DNA of 64,000 nt from Takakia lepidozioides (lineage: Eukaryota > Plantae > Bryophyta): assembly GCA_030704615.1 (NCBI GenBank), contig CM060734.1, forward strand, positions 3,100,001-3,164,000, written 5' to 3'. Made by a program: the position numbers and the translations under genes. Below are positions 1-13,390 of the stretch, piece by piece. Position 1 is the first letter of the stretch. Every line of letters starts with the position of its first letter. The notes beneath the pieces are model-generated. The model had not been told where the DNA came from and searched no databases. It worked only from the letters and a program-made list of their open reading frames with translations.

Positions 1-1190
1 ACTTCTGGTATTTACTCCTGGTAAGTTCTTCTGAGCTATGTCCATTACAGTCATAGGTCTTGCAAAAATATCATAATCAACAAAAGTCATTACACCAATG
101 AACTTACAAAATACTATCAGCATGATTTTAGTTGGATTTAAAACTTTATATGAGCAACTAACACCTATATTCATAGGTCTTGAAAACATTTCATGAACAA
201 CATAAATCGTTACACCAATGAACTTACAAAACAACATCCGCATGATTTTAGTTGGTTTTGAAACTTTACATGAATAACTAACACCTACATTCATAGGTCA
301 TAGAAGACTTTCATGAACAACAAGAATCATTACATCAGTGAACTTACAAAACAACATCCATATGATTTTAGTTGGATCTGAAACTTTACATGAGCAACTA
401 ACACCTACATTCATAGGTCCTATAAAACTTTCATGAACAACAAAAATCATTACACCAGTGAACTTCCGCATGATTTTAGTTGGATTTAAAACTTTATATG
501 AGCACCTAACACCTACATTCATAGGTCATGCAAATATTTCAGGAACAACAAAAATCATTACACTAGTGAACTTATAAAGCAACATTCGTACTATTTTAGT
601 TGGATTTGAAACTTTACATGAACAACTAACACCTACATTCATAGGTCATGCAAAGATTTCATGAACAACAAAAATCATTACACCAGTGAACTTACAAAAC
701 AACATCCGTATGATTTTAGTTGGATTTGAAACTTTACATGAGCAACTAATACCTACATTCATAGGTCCTACAAAACTTTCATGAACAACAAAAATCATTA
801 CACCAGTGAACTTACAAAATACCATCCGTAGGATTTTAGTTGGATTTGAAAAATTTTATGAGCAACTACCACCTACATTCATATATCCTGCAAAAAATTC
901 ATGAATAACAAATGTCAGTACGCGGGCGAACTTACAGAATACCATCCGTGTGATTTTAATTCAGTGTGAAACTTTACATGAGCAACTAACACTTACATTC
1001 ATATGTCCTACAAAAATTTCATGAACAACAAAAATCATTACGCGGGTGAACTTACAAAATACCATCCGTGTGATTTCAATTCGATGTGAAGCTTTATATG
1101 AACAACTAACACCTACGTTTGTATGTCCTGCAAAATGTCATTAACAACAAAAGTCATTACGCGGTTGAACTTTCAAAATACCATCTGTAC
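1..1190. repeat. Tandem satellite array, ~120-bp AT-rich unit, ~10 copies, running off the left edge
   Basis: The unit 'catgattttagttggatttgaaactttacatgagcaactaacacctacattcataggtc...tcatgaacaacaaaaatcattacaccagtgaacttacaaaacaacatccg' recurs at 121, 241, 361 and onward. One unit (~465) has a ~12-nt deletion, and copies diverge toward the right end. Confidence 0.95.
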
Positions 1191-2300
1191 CACCTAAGGT
1201 ACCTTGATAATGTTTAGGCCAAACGCTAGGCTATCTTGGTCATTACAAAAGAAGAAACAACCTTCAGTTCTAGAATGTTGGGTATAAAATGACACACACT
1301 AATATCCTATCAAACTACAATATACACATGGAACAACTTCCAAGACATTGGTTGATAATTTGGATGGTCATCAATGTATTCCAATGTGAATTTTCTCTTC
1401 TCTCTTACACATTGAAATGCTATGACCACTACTCTCTCATCATATTAAAAATGTATGACCATTACATTTACAATAGTCTTTTTGTATAATATAATTATCA
1501 CTTAGATGAATTCATATGTATTAAGTGGCTTGAGGAATCAATTCAATTGGGCAATTTTACTGAAGTTTATAGCCAGCCTTGTATATTGCTCTTAATCACA
1601 CGCCTCAAGAGTCAAAAAATAATGTATAATGCCTATGATCAAGGTTTGGTACGTAGAACTATATGCTTACGAGAAAGATGAAAACAAGATTTTCAAATTG
1701 AGCCCAAATACAAAGCATGTAAATGTATGAACAAAGGATTGCTTGAAAATACATACAAAATGCCGGGGAGGGGTTTTTAAAAAAATAAAATTTGTACAAG
1801 ATTCTATACACAAGGGATGGATAAATTGATAATTAAAATACATAAGGATCCCAGGGTATCCATATTGCCATGGCCAGCATTGTTCGCTCCAGTTCGCCAC
1901 TTTTTAATATAAATTCTTACCTAGGGCACTTCTCAACGAAAATCTCCAGGTTGGAAGTCCAACATTCAAGTAAGAAAAGGCGATCGTATGATCTGATTTC
2001 TTTCCACAGCTACCCACTGCACACCCCTGAACGTGGTTTTGTTTCATTCAACTACTCGCTGGCAGCGAGTCACTCGTGAGTTGCCCTTTTGAGTGCCATA
2101 TAATCATATGCATGCTGGACACTATGGAAATGCTGTGTGTATGAGTTTCGCCAGCTGGTAGTGTCCCTGGGCAGACTAAATGTTCTGGTACTGACCGTTA
2201 AGGCAACGTTCACAAAATTTGAATTCAAATTGCAGACAGTGACGTATCATCCATCCCATCTTCATTAGTAAAACTCCAGTATTATACAGAGGCAATCTCA

Positions 2301-2374
2301 CGCTAGAGGGAGGGTTTGAGCGTCCGACCTTGTGGATTACAGCCACACGCTCTAACCAACTGAGCTACTCCAGC
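2301..2374 (-). pseudogene. tRNA-Asn-derived gene, probable pseudogene; anticodon reads GTA and the B-box is damaged
   Basis: Minus strand reads GCTGGAGTAGCTCAGTTGGTTAGAGCGTGTGG-CTGTAAT-CCACAAGGTCGGACGCTCAAACCCTCCCTCTAGCG. The body is plant cytosolic tRNA-Asn (acceptor GCTGGAG/CTCTAGC, discriminator G). The loop is CTGTAAT instead of CTGTTAA, and the T-arm is GGACG-CTCAAAC instead of GGAGG-TTC. Confidence 0.85.
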
Positions 2375-3517
2375 TACAAAAGCTTGGAGAAGATATTATT
2401 TTAGAAAAAAGAAAACCGTATCCTAAACACTATATAACAGTCACATTCCTCGTCTTTTTTTCCCAAATTAGAAGGGGATTAACCCTGCAGAGCCATAATG
2501 CAGACAAAACAGGGACAATTGATCGCTTTCAATGAAATGTGTGCCAAGGGAGTCAACTTGGCAATGGGTGAGGCTGGAATGACTATGCATGGTAAAGTTT
2601 TGCCATTTCTCTACTTTGAAGATAAGTGAAGCTATGGGGGCCTGGCCTAAAATCTCAGCCTCAAAGTTGCACACAAATTAATCTCCATGCGTGTTTTCTT
2701 TTCTTTCGGGATTCATGCTGAAACATACTTACTACCAAACAGGGCATGCAATGCTGCTACCTTCAATGCAGATATGGCACCCCTGGATTACAGTATAGAA
2801 TGTGGAGAATTGTCTAAGTGCATGGTTAATCTCCTTTAAGTTCTGATGTCTGGCTCACAGATCACCTCAAGGCTCAATCTGCAGAATGTAGTAGATGTGC
2901 AACCGTAAGTAATTAAGTTGAGAAAGACCCAACATGAGCTCAGCCTCATACATCACTTGGAGATCACTCTGCACTCATATTTTAGCGGTCATTCCGGTAT
3001 GGTTGACAATGAATTTACTTCATCTCAATTGATGGACATACAGCAATCTGATGCCTCCACAATCTTTCCCTTTGTTGGAGGGAAAGGCATGTCAAGCATA
3101 GTTAACACATCTCTTGCAACATGAATGGTGGTCTCAATGCCATGAGTGCAATGGGCACACCACTAACACCCTACTCTCAAGGTAAGAACCAGAAAACCTC
3201 GCACACCTACATTTGTTCATCCACACTGTTGACATGGTTCATGGCAGTAAACCAAGGGGCTACTCTCACCCCAGATGTTTCTTCATTATCTGAATCTTTC
3301 CTCTTCTTAAGGACTTCTGAGTTCCCTCTGAGGACCTTTCAAATCTCTGCCCAGATGCTTAGCCACCAGGTTTTTTCAAAAGCCCAGATTGCCAAGGGCC
3401 AAAGGGCAAGAGTCGCATACTGCCAATCTATTGAAGCCGTTTGAACTGCCAAAAAACCACAGTGGTATCCACATGCAGGCCACATTTGTGAGTCTAACAA
3501 CTGTGAAAAATTACTGC

Positions 3518-6500
3518 TCATACTCTATGGTCTGGAGACCGGGACCGCCGTCGACTGTGGTGCCGAACTGGTGACCGAGAGCCTGCTTGTAGAGGGGGCG
3601 AACGAGACCGCGACAGCCTACGGTCTTGTTCCCTATATCTTCCCTTCTCCCAGTCCCTTTCCCTGTCACGATTTCTCTCCCAGTCTTTATCCTTGTCCCT
3701 GTCTCGCCCCACCCGGCCCCGATCATGATCACGATAGCGGTCCCCTCTGTCCTTCTCCCTGTATCTCTCGCGCGGTGCATCTCTCTCCTTCTCTTTGTCC
3801 CTTTCGCGGTCATCTCTCTCCCGCGCACCCTTCTCCCTCTCTTTGTCCCGCCCATTTTCTTTAGTAAGCTTCTCCAATTCCACCTCCTTCTCCCTCTGCT
3901 TTCGCTTTTCTTCTGTCTCTCTCTCTCTTGCTATCTTCTCCTCCTCTCTTGCTTTGTCTTTCCGTTCCTGCCCATCACCGTGCATACAATTAGGATTTAG
4001 CCCCAATTTGGAACAGCCTGGTGGATTGCAAGCAAACCGACTTCCAATTATTGACCTGCCTTCCTGCTGACAACAATTACACCACACACACCAAAGACGG
4101 AAATAATATCTGCTGAATCAACGACAGATCACCATGACAGTTGTACAGATGATCGTTGATTGTACAGATGTACAACTGACGATCATTGTACAACTGACAA
4201 TCAATCATCAGTTTCTCTTTGCATTTGAAATAACAAGACTTTCCTTATTTCTTTCACTTCCATAGGTTCCGCTATTGTTAGAAGAGTGCAATATGTGGAA
4301 GAGAATGTACTCATGAGACATTGTCTGCCAAAGGCTTGTGGCCATAGACCCCGCACCCAGCTTGGGCAATATGTAGAAGAGAGGGAGAGAAAAAGGGGGA
4401 AAGTCTTCCAGTGAGGTCACTTTTACCTTGAATTCTGTCAAGTAGTCACGGACTAAGCCAAAACCTACATGCTGCTTGCCAGTCATATGCGATTGCGTAC
4501 GCTCTGTTGCATCATTGGCCACTAAAAAAGATCCACAAATTTCGCAAAGAGCCATCTTCTTCTCTTGTGATAGAATTAACCCTCGCTCACTTGACGCTTG
4601 TTGTATTAATACTTCCTTCTCAGCATTCAACACATCCACCTGCACTCAAAAGACCAACAAATGCGCCAAGCATGTCAGTTCTTACTACTCAGGAAACACA
4701 TAAATCCAGATGAAAACAGATGTAGGCGTTAAGCTTACATGCCCTTCCAAATTATGGCACAATGGAATCATAACAAAGTCACTCACTCTCAGAACGCACA
4801 TAATGAGTCTTTCAACTGTCCAAAAAGCTGGAGAGAAGATTGCACAGGCAGACATTTGACCTCATATGCAAAAGGGTGGCTGCGAAAGTCATACTAAGGA
4901 TGTGCAGGCATTTTCCACTTTCACAATCCCTAGTGCCTCTATGTTTCAGAAGGAATTGTTTCAGCAAGTTGGAGAAACAGTATATTTGGGCCAAGTGTAG
5001 CTCGGTGCAAAATACAATTCCTTGGTCCCCTAATTGAGAACCATGCAGGGACACAAAAACCGCATTGCCAAGGGATAGGGTCTACATTCCAACCCAGTCT
5101 GGGATCCCCATCGATCTTTCAAAAACTACTAGTGTCTGCATAGCAATTAGTTGCATGCAAGAGCATATCAAGCTAGGATATGCTTGCCAGTCGAGGGGGT
5201 ACTCCATGCAGTTCAACGTGCGCATTCTATGGGACTCTGCAAATAAGGTCATGCAATGTGGTTATCAGTTAGGATGATAAATACCAGTAATTTTCTTTAG
5301 TCTCTTACATTGACTTTCAACTGTCACTGAGACTCATGGCGGCAGGGAGAAGCCCCTTCAGTATACAGCGAACGAAAGGCAACGGAAAAGTGTCAGATAA
5401 GAGCAAGAGTATCCGGGCTTGAAAAAGCATAAGAAACAGACAAGTTAAAACTAATGGACGCCATGCATAGTGAGCGAGTGTGTCCATGACTTATATCCAC
5501 CTTTGGAGATCTAGGATAAAGCTATTGATGTCTGAGTCTCCTGCATTGCAACCCTGAACTATCCACCAACACATTACAAATTTCTTTACTTTTTTGAGAC
5601 AGGCTCATGCAATGCATCTAAATATGACAACTCTGGAACCTGTTTGTACCTTCTTCATAAGAGCTTGGGCCTCATCAACCTTGCCCTCTTCGCCAAGGTG
5701 TTCACTTTGCTCCAAAAGTTTCTTAATCTTCTCTTCAATTGTTGCCAGCTGATCGGATTTCTCTGTGGATATGGGTACCAATGATGCAACATCGACGTCC
5801 TGCGCAAGGCGTTCATGTCCTCGTCTGACCTTGCGATCCAGGTCTTGGACCTGCCAGTCAAGTGCTTTCATGCTAGTGCCTTAACTACAAAAGAAAATGG
5901 TTTCCAGTCTTTGTAACTGCAGTTTATTAACGCACGTAATTTGACCCTGGATAAATGAAGGGTATGTTCAATTGAACTATAGCCTGATTTTATCCTTACC
6001 CTTTGAGGGTAAATTCTGGCATTGTCGTGTAATTACATTTACCCAAAAAAAACACGTGTTTGGATAAGAAAGAAAGCCCTTGAAGAACGATGATCTGTGC
6101 TCCAACTTGAGATCTAAGTTGACAAGAATGCAATACAAACTTACCAACTTCTCACAAAATTGAGCAAGCTCAGCTTCAAAACGGGGCACATATAAATCGT
6201 GTCGTGTTGATTGCTCATAACTGTAACCCCAACAAGATAGAAAGGAGGTCAAGTATAGGTTTAAGCCATGCATTGAATTTCAAATAGACAAGAACATGAA
6301 GAGCTTAGATAGGCAAGATTCAGGACAGAGGTTACCCAACATAGAACCGATCTGAGTGGTAGAGTTGTGCAACACACAACAGAAAAGCCACATTGCACAC
6401 TTTTTCTTTCTTAGATATCCATCCTGCTCATATTAGTTTTCTTTGCTGACCTCATCAAAAAAGTTCTGTCACAGACAGTTTGTTAGCTTACTTTGTCTTT

Positions 6501-8099
6501 TCCAAAGTAAGGTTGAAGGGAGCTACCAACACCCCCACATACTATCCACCCTGAATTTGTGGTGGGTAGTGAGCAAATAGAACTTCGAGCAGACTGAACC
6601 TGCAAGTGCTCTGGACCAGCATAAATCAACACCAGAAAATTCCACTTCTAGTAACCAGATGACTAAGATGTATAAGTTGGCTGTATTGCTGGCTTGCTGC
6701 TAGATGGCATACAAAAACGTTACAATTCAAGGCCAACTGAGGGTTACACAAGCCCTATTGCGTTTCCCCTCCAGAGGGGTTTTCTCTGCCAGGTGGTGGT
6801 GGACAAAAGATTAGGAATTCCAACTGGACAGCGTTCAACATCTTCCACCAACCACATGTATTACTGGTAGATGGATCACCCTCGGCAGGTTGAACATCAG
6901 CAGGGAAGAAATGCCCGCTAGGTAGTCACCTTTCCTTGAGTTTTGGATCATGAATCTTGGAGCATGGCCCTGCCACCACAGCAATTTTCCTTGTTCATCA
7001 TTCCACACAATCTTATTGGTGAACAGCAGGATTAAGAATCTAGAAGGTGAAAAGCAAAATGATCCATCGAAACCTGACAAGAACTTCCGATTGCTAATTT
7101 GTCCAATCGCTTGAAGAACAGAAGATTGCCCATCACAAAAGGATAATAAACCAGATACTTCGTACCAAAAGACTCCACCAGGTAATGAAATAAAAAGAGA
7201 AGGCATACCAAGGTCACTCTTTGTGTTGACAAATAACTCGTGGGGGCAGAAGCGCACAAGATAGCACCCACACACCTCCTTGTCATCCCAGCGCACTTCT
7301 CTGTGTGCTTTCTTTTCTTCGGCAGTCAAATTCCGGGCTGTTAGATTCACCCAACCAACAAGCAGACAGTATAACATCTGATACGGTTCCTTGGAATAGG
7401 CCTGACAGTGCATCTGCTCTGAAAGGTACAAGGCAATTGAGGAAAATATTCCCATGTTTGCACCTCAATTTCTGTCATGTTTTTAAAAAAAAATTCACAC
7501 TGCTGTGAATGCAAATAAAGAAAATTTGTTGCCTTCTTGCATAGCCTCTAATTTTTTTGGCACCAATTATGATCACTGGTATTATCACATCGAAGTAAGG
7601 TTTTTCACAGACATTAAAAGGTAACCCAAACAGATGTTGCACCGGTCCAAGTTAGAACCTAAACTAGGACAACATACAGACCATCAACTTATCCTGTGTG
7701 GCAGTGACAAGCTGCCACACTCCCCTCCCACTTTCATCAAGCTGACATATATCACTTACAATACAGCGCTCAAATCTAGCGGCCACGCCGTTATACAGAT
7801 GTTAGTACCGAGTTTCAGTCACCTTTCCAACTAAGCACAACTCAACCACGATGTCGATAAGAACTCCGCAGGCATTCAGTAGAATGTACGCGGAGAGTGT
7901 TGCAGGTTTACGAGATGTGTTAACAAAAAGAGTCAAGATCGCTTCAACAACGAGGAGGTGTGGACAGTCCGAATCCGTTAACATTAGGGTTGCTTAGTAG
8001 GGACTCTCAGATGTAGCTAAATTTAACAGGAAAAAAGTGCAAGGGGTGTGCACCAGTCCCCATGAGTTCATCCAGTAAAGCTCGCTGAGCCTCCACCAT
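3518..8099 (-). CDS. LUC7: LUC7-like U1 snRNP splicing factor, 7 coding exons, ~384 aa
   Basis: Exons 8099-8054, 7337-7209, 6969-6930, 6220-6145, 5850-5650, 4639-4427, 3967-3518 are all GT-AG and join in frame. Motifs: MVEAQRALLDELMG, ZnF1 (VCGCYLVRFCPHELFVNTKSDLGPCSKIHD), ZnF2 (LCEICGSFL...HMTGKQH), RE/RD/RS-rich tail. Confidence 0.96.
4138..4196. repeat. Near-perfect ~59-bp palindrome in the last LUC7 intron
   Basis: cagttgtaca-g-atgatcgt-tgattgtaca/ga/tgtacaactg-acgatcat-tgtacaactg; the arms are reverse complements with few mismatches. Confidence 0.8.
4301..4366. repeat. Dispersed ~65-bp intronic repeat, copy 1 (LUC7 intron)
   Basis: gagaatgtactca...tgccaaaggcttgtggccatagaccccgcacccagcttggg; similar copies at 10422 and 42088. 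Confidence 0.8.
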
Positions 8100-9672
8100 C
8101 CCGCTCTTGCGCCCACACCCAGAGGCAACAAAGCCTTCTTTCTCAAGAGCGAACCCCTACTGAGTTGGTTGTAGGACCCTTTCGTAACTGCCTATAAATA
8201 TCTTCTGTTCCTTGCACCAGACCGCCCTCCCTTTTCCGCTCCTCACAAAATGGTGGTCAAGGCAAGCCGACTTCGCATCTCGAAAACGCCTACTTGATTT
8301 GATCCAACGCAACAAAACTCTTGCCACCAACTCAATAACGCCGCTACTTCAAGATAGTCCAGAACCACGACAAATACTATGCATCAAGCCTAGTCCAGCA
8401 GCCACTTGTCAAATCCCGTGACGACCACAAAACCTCTTTCCTCAATACACTTTCAGCCGCCAAGGATCTGGGAAAGTCAATCCAACAATCCACCCTAACA
8501 CCCTTCACATATCTCTTGTGCACGTCTTACGTCAATCAGTACAAAACACGCAATTCAGAATTGTTATCCAGTCCCACCATCGCACAAACACGCCTCCCGT
8601 CATCCCCGCATGTGCCATCAGCAGGAAACCGATCCATCTTGGGCCAACAGCCTACATCTAGGTTGCATTCCCCTGACGAAAAATCCCTCACAAAGTGCCG
8701 CTATTCAGCGTACACATCCTCGGACTAACAACAAGACAGCAGCCTCCTTCACGATCGTCAACAATCACCATCACCATCACACAAGCACATCGCAAATCCG
8801 ACAAGACCTCTCGCTGCCTTCCTCAATACGGCGCGGCAAGAGGGGAGAGACCACCCCGCATTTCACGTCCCTTACGTGGCACCCATCCATTCGTGCCAAC
8901 AGGGAAGACCCGTGCATCACTTTTGTGTGGGAACTATTTACCCAGGGAAATAGTTATTCCCGGATCGATGTTGATTCCTTATTGCAACTAAATGTAACAG
9001 TCAATCATAGGTGATTTTGTAGTTTCTGATGTCCTGAAGGTCTAAAATAGGTACTCAAAGGCGGCGTATGGGATTTGAGCCCCGGACCGCAGAGAATGGT
9101 CCCCCGTGCCCTAACTGGTGGGAGCTTCAAGTAACCCGCGGTTAAAAGAGGGACCCCAGGAATAACCGGGCCGGGTTGGGCATAATGCATGCGAGACCGA
9201 CAGAGAGGGCCCACGGTGTGTTGCAGTCGCGCTTTGGGTTCTTGTGTGGTAGTGTGCGTGCAAGAATCGATGGCGCGTGTTGGATTGGCGTAGAGAAATC
9301 TGCAGGAGAGCAAGCAAGGGAAGGAAAAGCGAGGGGGAGTTGGTTTGAGAAACTCGTTGGGGAGAGAGGCGGTGTTGTTTGGGAGGAGGAGAAAGAGTTC
9401 AAGTCTGGAGTGTGATTTTAGACCTTTTGATTAGGTTTGTTTGTGTCTGGTTTGAAGGGTACAAAGGAAGAAGGAAGGAGGAGGGAGGGACGAAGAAAGC
9501 GGTTTGGATAATAGGTTTGGGTCGGAAGGCGCTGCATGACTGCTGCTTCTATAGCTTACAAGGGCGTGTGTGTCAAAGTGCGTCTTCCTATTTGTCGGAA
9601 AATAGAGGGAGGAAGGGGGTGGGGGGGGGGGGGGGGGGTGGTGGCACTGGTTTGCTTACATTGTAGCCAGTT

Positions 9673-12362
9673 ATGGATGGTTTGTATTCTGAGGATGCGT
9701 CAGTCCTGGGGACTCGGGCATCCGCCAACCCGGCTGCAAAATGGAGAGACAACATGAATCGCCGGTTCCAGTACTATTTGGACAAATCGACGCCACATCC
9801 AGTGCCTCGCTGGGCGGGGTCCGTATTGGTGGCCGGGATCTATTGCTTGCGAGTTTACTATGTGAAGGGTTTCTACATTGTCACATACGGGCTCGGCATC
9901 TACATTCTCAACCTGCTCATTGGGTTTTTGTCACCGCAAGTTGACCCTGAGAGCGAAGGTCCGGCCCTGCCTACCAAGGGGAGTGATGAATTCAAGCCTT
10001 TTATTCGCCGGCTTCCAGAGTTCAAATTTTGGTGCATTTCTGGTCCCCTTTCTGATTTTGTCGAATGTTGTCTCTGTCTCTGTCTCTGTCTCAAGTATAG
10101 TTTTTCCTATATCCACTTGTCCGTCCTCATGTTTTTTCCCGTTAGTTGGATGAACAGGCAGCATTAAATGGAATGCTTTGACAGAAGGACACAGATCCCT
10201 GTAAAGTAGGGATCTGGCTTTTAGTCTTCATTGATTGTAAGACCGTCCTCATGCCAACCCCAGACCTCTCTCAACTCTGAGGGTCTAGAAGATGCTACCA
10301 CATGCCAACTTGATTCATTAAAAGGCTCGAGTTGGTGGCTCTTTAACTTGCACGATCTCCTTCCTTGCAATAGCATGTAAGATGTCAAAGGTCAGACGAA
10401 CATGCTCTCAGTCTGTTATGAGAGAATGTACTCAGAAAATGGTGTTTGCCATAGCCTTGTGGCCATAGAGCCCACGCCCAGTTTGGGTGGAACAAGAAGG
10501 GTAGACACCAAATCCCTTTTCGTTCCCACAACTAGAGAAGGTTAACAACACCTTCATAGTCCAGCACCACATCAGATACTACCAAGCCAGAGCCAAAGCT
10601 GTGAACACATGTATTTCAGAGCTATGATAGATATTACCACCATAGCATAGAAGAATCAGCCAGCATATTGAAAGAATATCCTTCAGGTGGTTTCTAAGCT
10701 CTATGCTATGCAACCAAACCTCATTTACAAGGTTGGGAGAAGAAAGTCACGAGACAGCAGTAGCCACTCCTAGCTATGAAGGCAAAGGTGAAGCCTCACC
10801 TGCTCCCATCCCATCCAGAGCCACAAACAGTAGTTGGTGGTTAGTGAGGAATAGGTGGCTTTGTACCTAGTTGGATGTACACCAATAAAGATAGGAAAAA
10901 GGAGGACAATGAAGCATAACAGCCTTGCAGAGTTCTAACATGTAGGCCAATGCGTGAGGAAGTAGCAAGAACAACCTGTCAGCTCATGCCCTCTACTCAA
11001 GTGCTGCTTGAGGAAGAGGCCATGGCTGTCAGTCTCTAGTTTCACCCATCCATTTGATAGAGCCTTCCTTCCTTGAAAAATGAAGACTGAACTGCTTCTT
11101 ACCCCACACCTTGGAGGCATGTGTAACTGTGTGGTGTGGCTGAAACTAATTTTCCTTCTATAAGTGGCCAACCAATTTTCAGTGCCTTTAGTCTAGCACT
11201 GATATAGTTTGAAGTAAGGCCAATTTGCACATACCCCCTTATGGATATAGTTTTGCTCAAGATCTGCATCAACCAACAAATCGCCCTTGCATTCTCACAA
11301 CAACCCTTGTGAGATCTACATAATTTACTTCAGAATGACAACCTTGCCGTTGACCTGTTATCAGATGGGAGGGACCTGGAAAGTTGGGTCATTTTAAGCT
11401 GCGTTTATTATGTTTGGGCTAAAGGTTATAATGTATGCAAGACAGTCGCAAGCAGAATATTTGTGTTCTCAAAACTCCCTAAAATTGTGGCTCACAGTCA
11501 TCGACATGGGTATTGGTGATGGTGGGGTCCCAGGTATGCGCTAACAAAGGCATTCTGTGTGGCGTTCTCGCTTACCTTCTTCAGCATATTCGATGTACCA
11601 GTGTTTTGGCCTATACTGCTACTTTATTGGATTGTGCTGTTTGTGCTTACAATGAAGCGCCAAATCAGACACATGATTAAATACCGTTACATACCTTTCT
11701 CCTTGGGCAAGCAGGTAATTCTTTGTCCCCTTCATTAATTCATGACTTGTTCACAGTTTCGTGTTTTGTAAAGGAGGATATTAGTTCCACAGAGGCTGAA
11801 GTTATGATACCCTCCGCAGATTTTGCTTGCAGTAGTTTTTCAGCCAGGTGTCTTTTACCCAGCCTAGGGTGTGCTTCTCTTACATGCACCTCATGCTGAA
11901 TTCAAGGAAAGGTAGAAGAGTGACATACCTATTTGCTCTGCTTTAGTTCACTTGGTGTGTTCCATTTAGTTTATCTTGTTCAAGTGAATGTTTCCCTGTC
12001 CGGTACAGTGAAGCCCTTCTACTTGACAGTAGTCACTTAGTGGGGTATGCAAATATGGATGGGCTCTCACCAAGCATAAAAGAAAAGAAGCACTGGCTGG
12101 GGTGACAGTCTGTTACTATACACGGAATCATGTCTAATTAGCAATTGCTCTGGCGCCTTGGTGACACTTGCAGAGTGCACAATTACAGACTGGATTTAAG
12201 CACAGACCACCACCTGACAAAGCTCATTCTTTGCACAGTGTTAGTGAGCATGAAGTATGCTGAAGGAGTGGTATTGGGGGATGGTGGGTGGGGTTGTGTG
12301 TGCAGCGGTATAGTGGGAAGAGGTCGGCTTCGTCTGACAAGGCAAGCTCTTCCAAAGATTAG
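9673..12362 (+). CDS. RER1: RER1 (retention in ER 1) Golgi retrieval receptor, 3 exons, ~198 aa
   Basis: Exons 9673-10031, 11534-11714, 12306-12362 join in frame. Motifs: [47 protein letters not shown]|[34 protein letters not shown]|RYSGK...KD*. Confidence 0.96.
10422..10487. repeat. Dispersed ~65-bp intronic repeat, copy 2 (RER1 intron 1)
   Basis: gagaatgtactcagaaaatggtgtttgccatagccttgtggccatagagcccacgcccagtttggg. Confidence 0.8.
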
Positions 12363-13276
12363 TTGGAGGCTATGGCTATGGTGTCCCTTTTCTGACTCTC
12401 AGACCTAATAGTGGCCGGCTCGTGAACATGAAGAGAGGGACTGCTGCCCTCTGTCTGGAGGTCGACGGGGCTACGCAGGATGCTTTAGGTTCATGTGTTT
12501 TTGGTGTTGTCCTGTCCTGTCTGGTCCTGTCATTAGTAGGACATATTTGATTCTTTGGCATGTTTGGGAAGTGGGAGTATCCAAGCATGTCCTGGTTTGT
12601 TGGCATCGGCAAAGCAGCCGTCAGATCAGACCATTTGTTAGATAAGAGGGGTGCTTCACTCCATCACAGGAGAGGGTCAGGAGGTTGGGTTATAGGCCAT
12701 ATTGGGAGGAGGCAGGTATAAGTTTTTTCGCTGTATTTAGAAATGCTACCTATGAGTTCTCTGTAGGAAGGACATTCTAAATTTAGTCAGGGATATTTGG
12801 TTCGACCATTTATTGTCCTGTGGCCTCTGTTAGTTATTTTTTTCATAGCTTGATTCTGGGTGACGTGCAACTATCTGAGTTTATATTGCAGGAATGTATA
12901 TCAGGCCCCTCTATGACCTCATTTCTTCAAGGTCTAGGGTGGTTCGCGGCAGGGTGCACAGATGGCAATGTAAAGGGCTGAAACATATCACTCTAGGCAC
13001 CACGGAAGGGTGCTTGTCCGGTGTTGTCTGTCCTGTAGTCTTTGAGTTGCAAGCTGTTTTAGTACTGCCTATAAATGTGACACCATAAATCTCATGCAAA
13101 ATCTTATGCACTGCAAGCAGCAGACAAATGCGGAACACAAGGATTGGTAAAAGTTGATTCACATTCATCTTGATGTGTCCCATATTACACTCTTCATTGG
13201 TTATAATGGACATTGAATCAAATCCAGTGCAATAAATGATAACTTAGCTCAACACCAAGCTGTGTACGAACTTAGG

Positions 13277-13390
13277 GTATGAAGGGTTGGTTCCTAGGGT
13301 ATGAAGGGTTGGTTCCTATTGCTACGAAGGGCATTGGTTCATATTGGGGGTTGGTTGGTTCCTATTGCTATGAAGGGGGTTGGTTCCTAT
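13277..13390. repeat. Short minisatellite, ~21-bp unit 'tatgaagggttggttccta'
   Basis: Four to five degenerate tandem copies are visible. Confidence 0.75.

Noticed and set aside
1-1190. CRISPR-like array or repeat-protein ORF (298-522)
   Set aside because: Units are contiguous with no unique spacers, the context is eukaryotic, and the ORF is a by-product of the satellite.
2054-2070. ACTCGCTGGCAGCGAGT hairpin as a Helitron 3' end
   Set aside because: No CTRR terminus at the expected distance on either strand.
3571-4070. Hydrophobic or Ser-rich ORFs on the + strand
   Set aside because: Antisense shadows of the purine-rich LUC7 RE/RS exon. The same applies to antisense ORFs over CRNKL1, SSU72 and the retroelements.
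12892-12981. Alternative last exon of RER1 after ttgcag
   Set aside because: The exon at 12306-12362 gives the expected RYSGK terminus; this one has no homology support.
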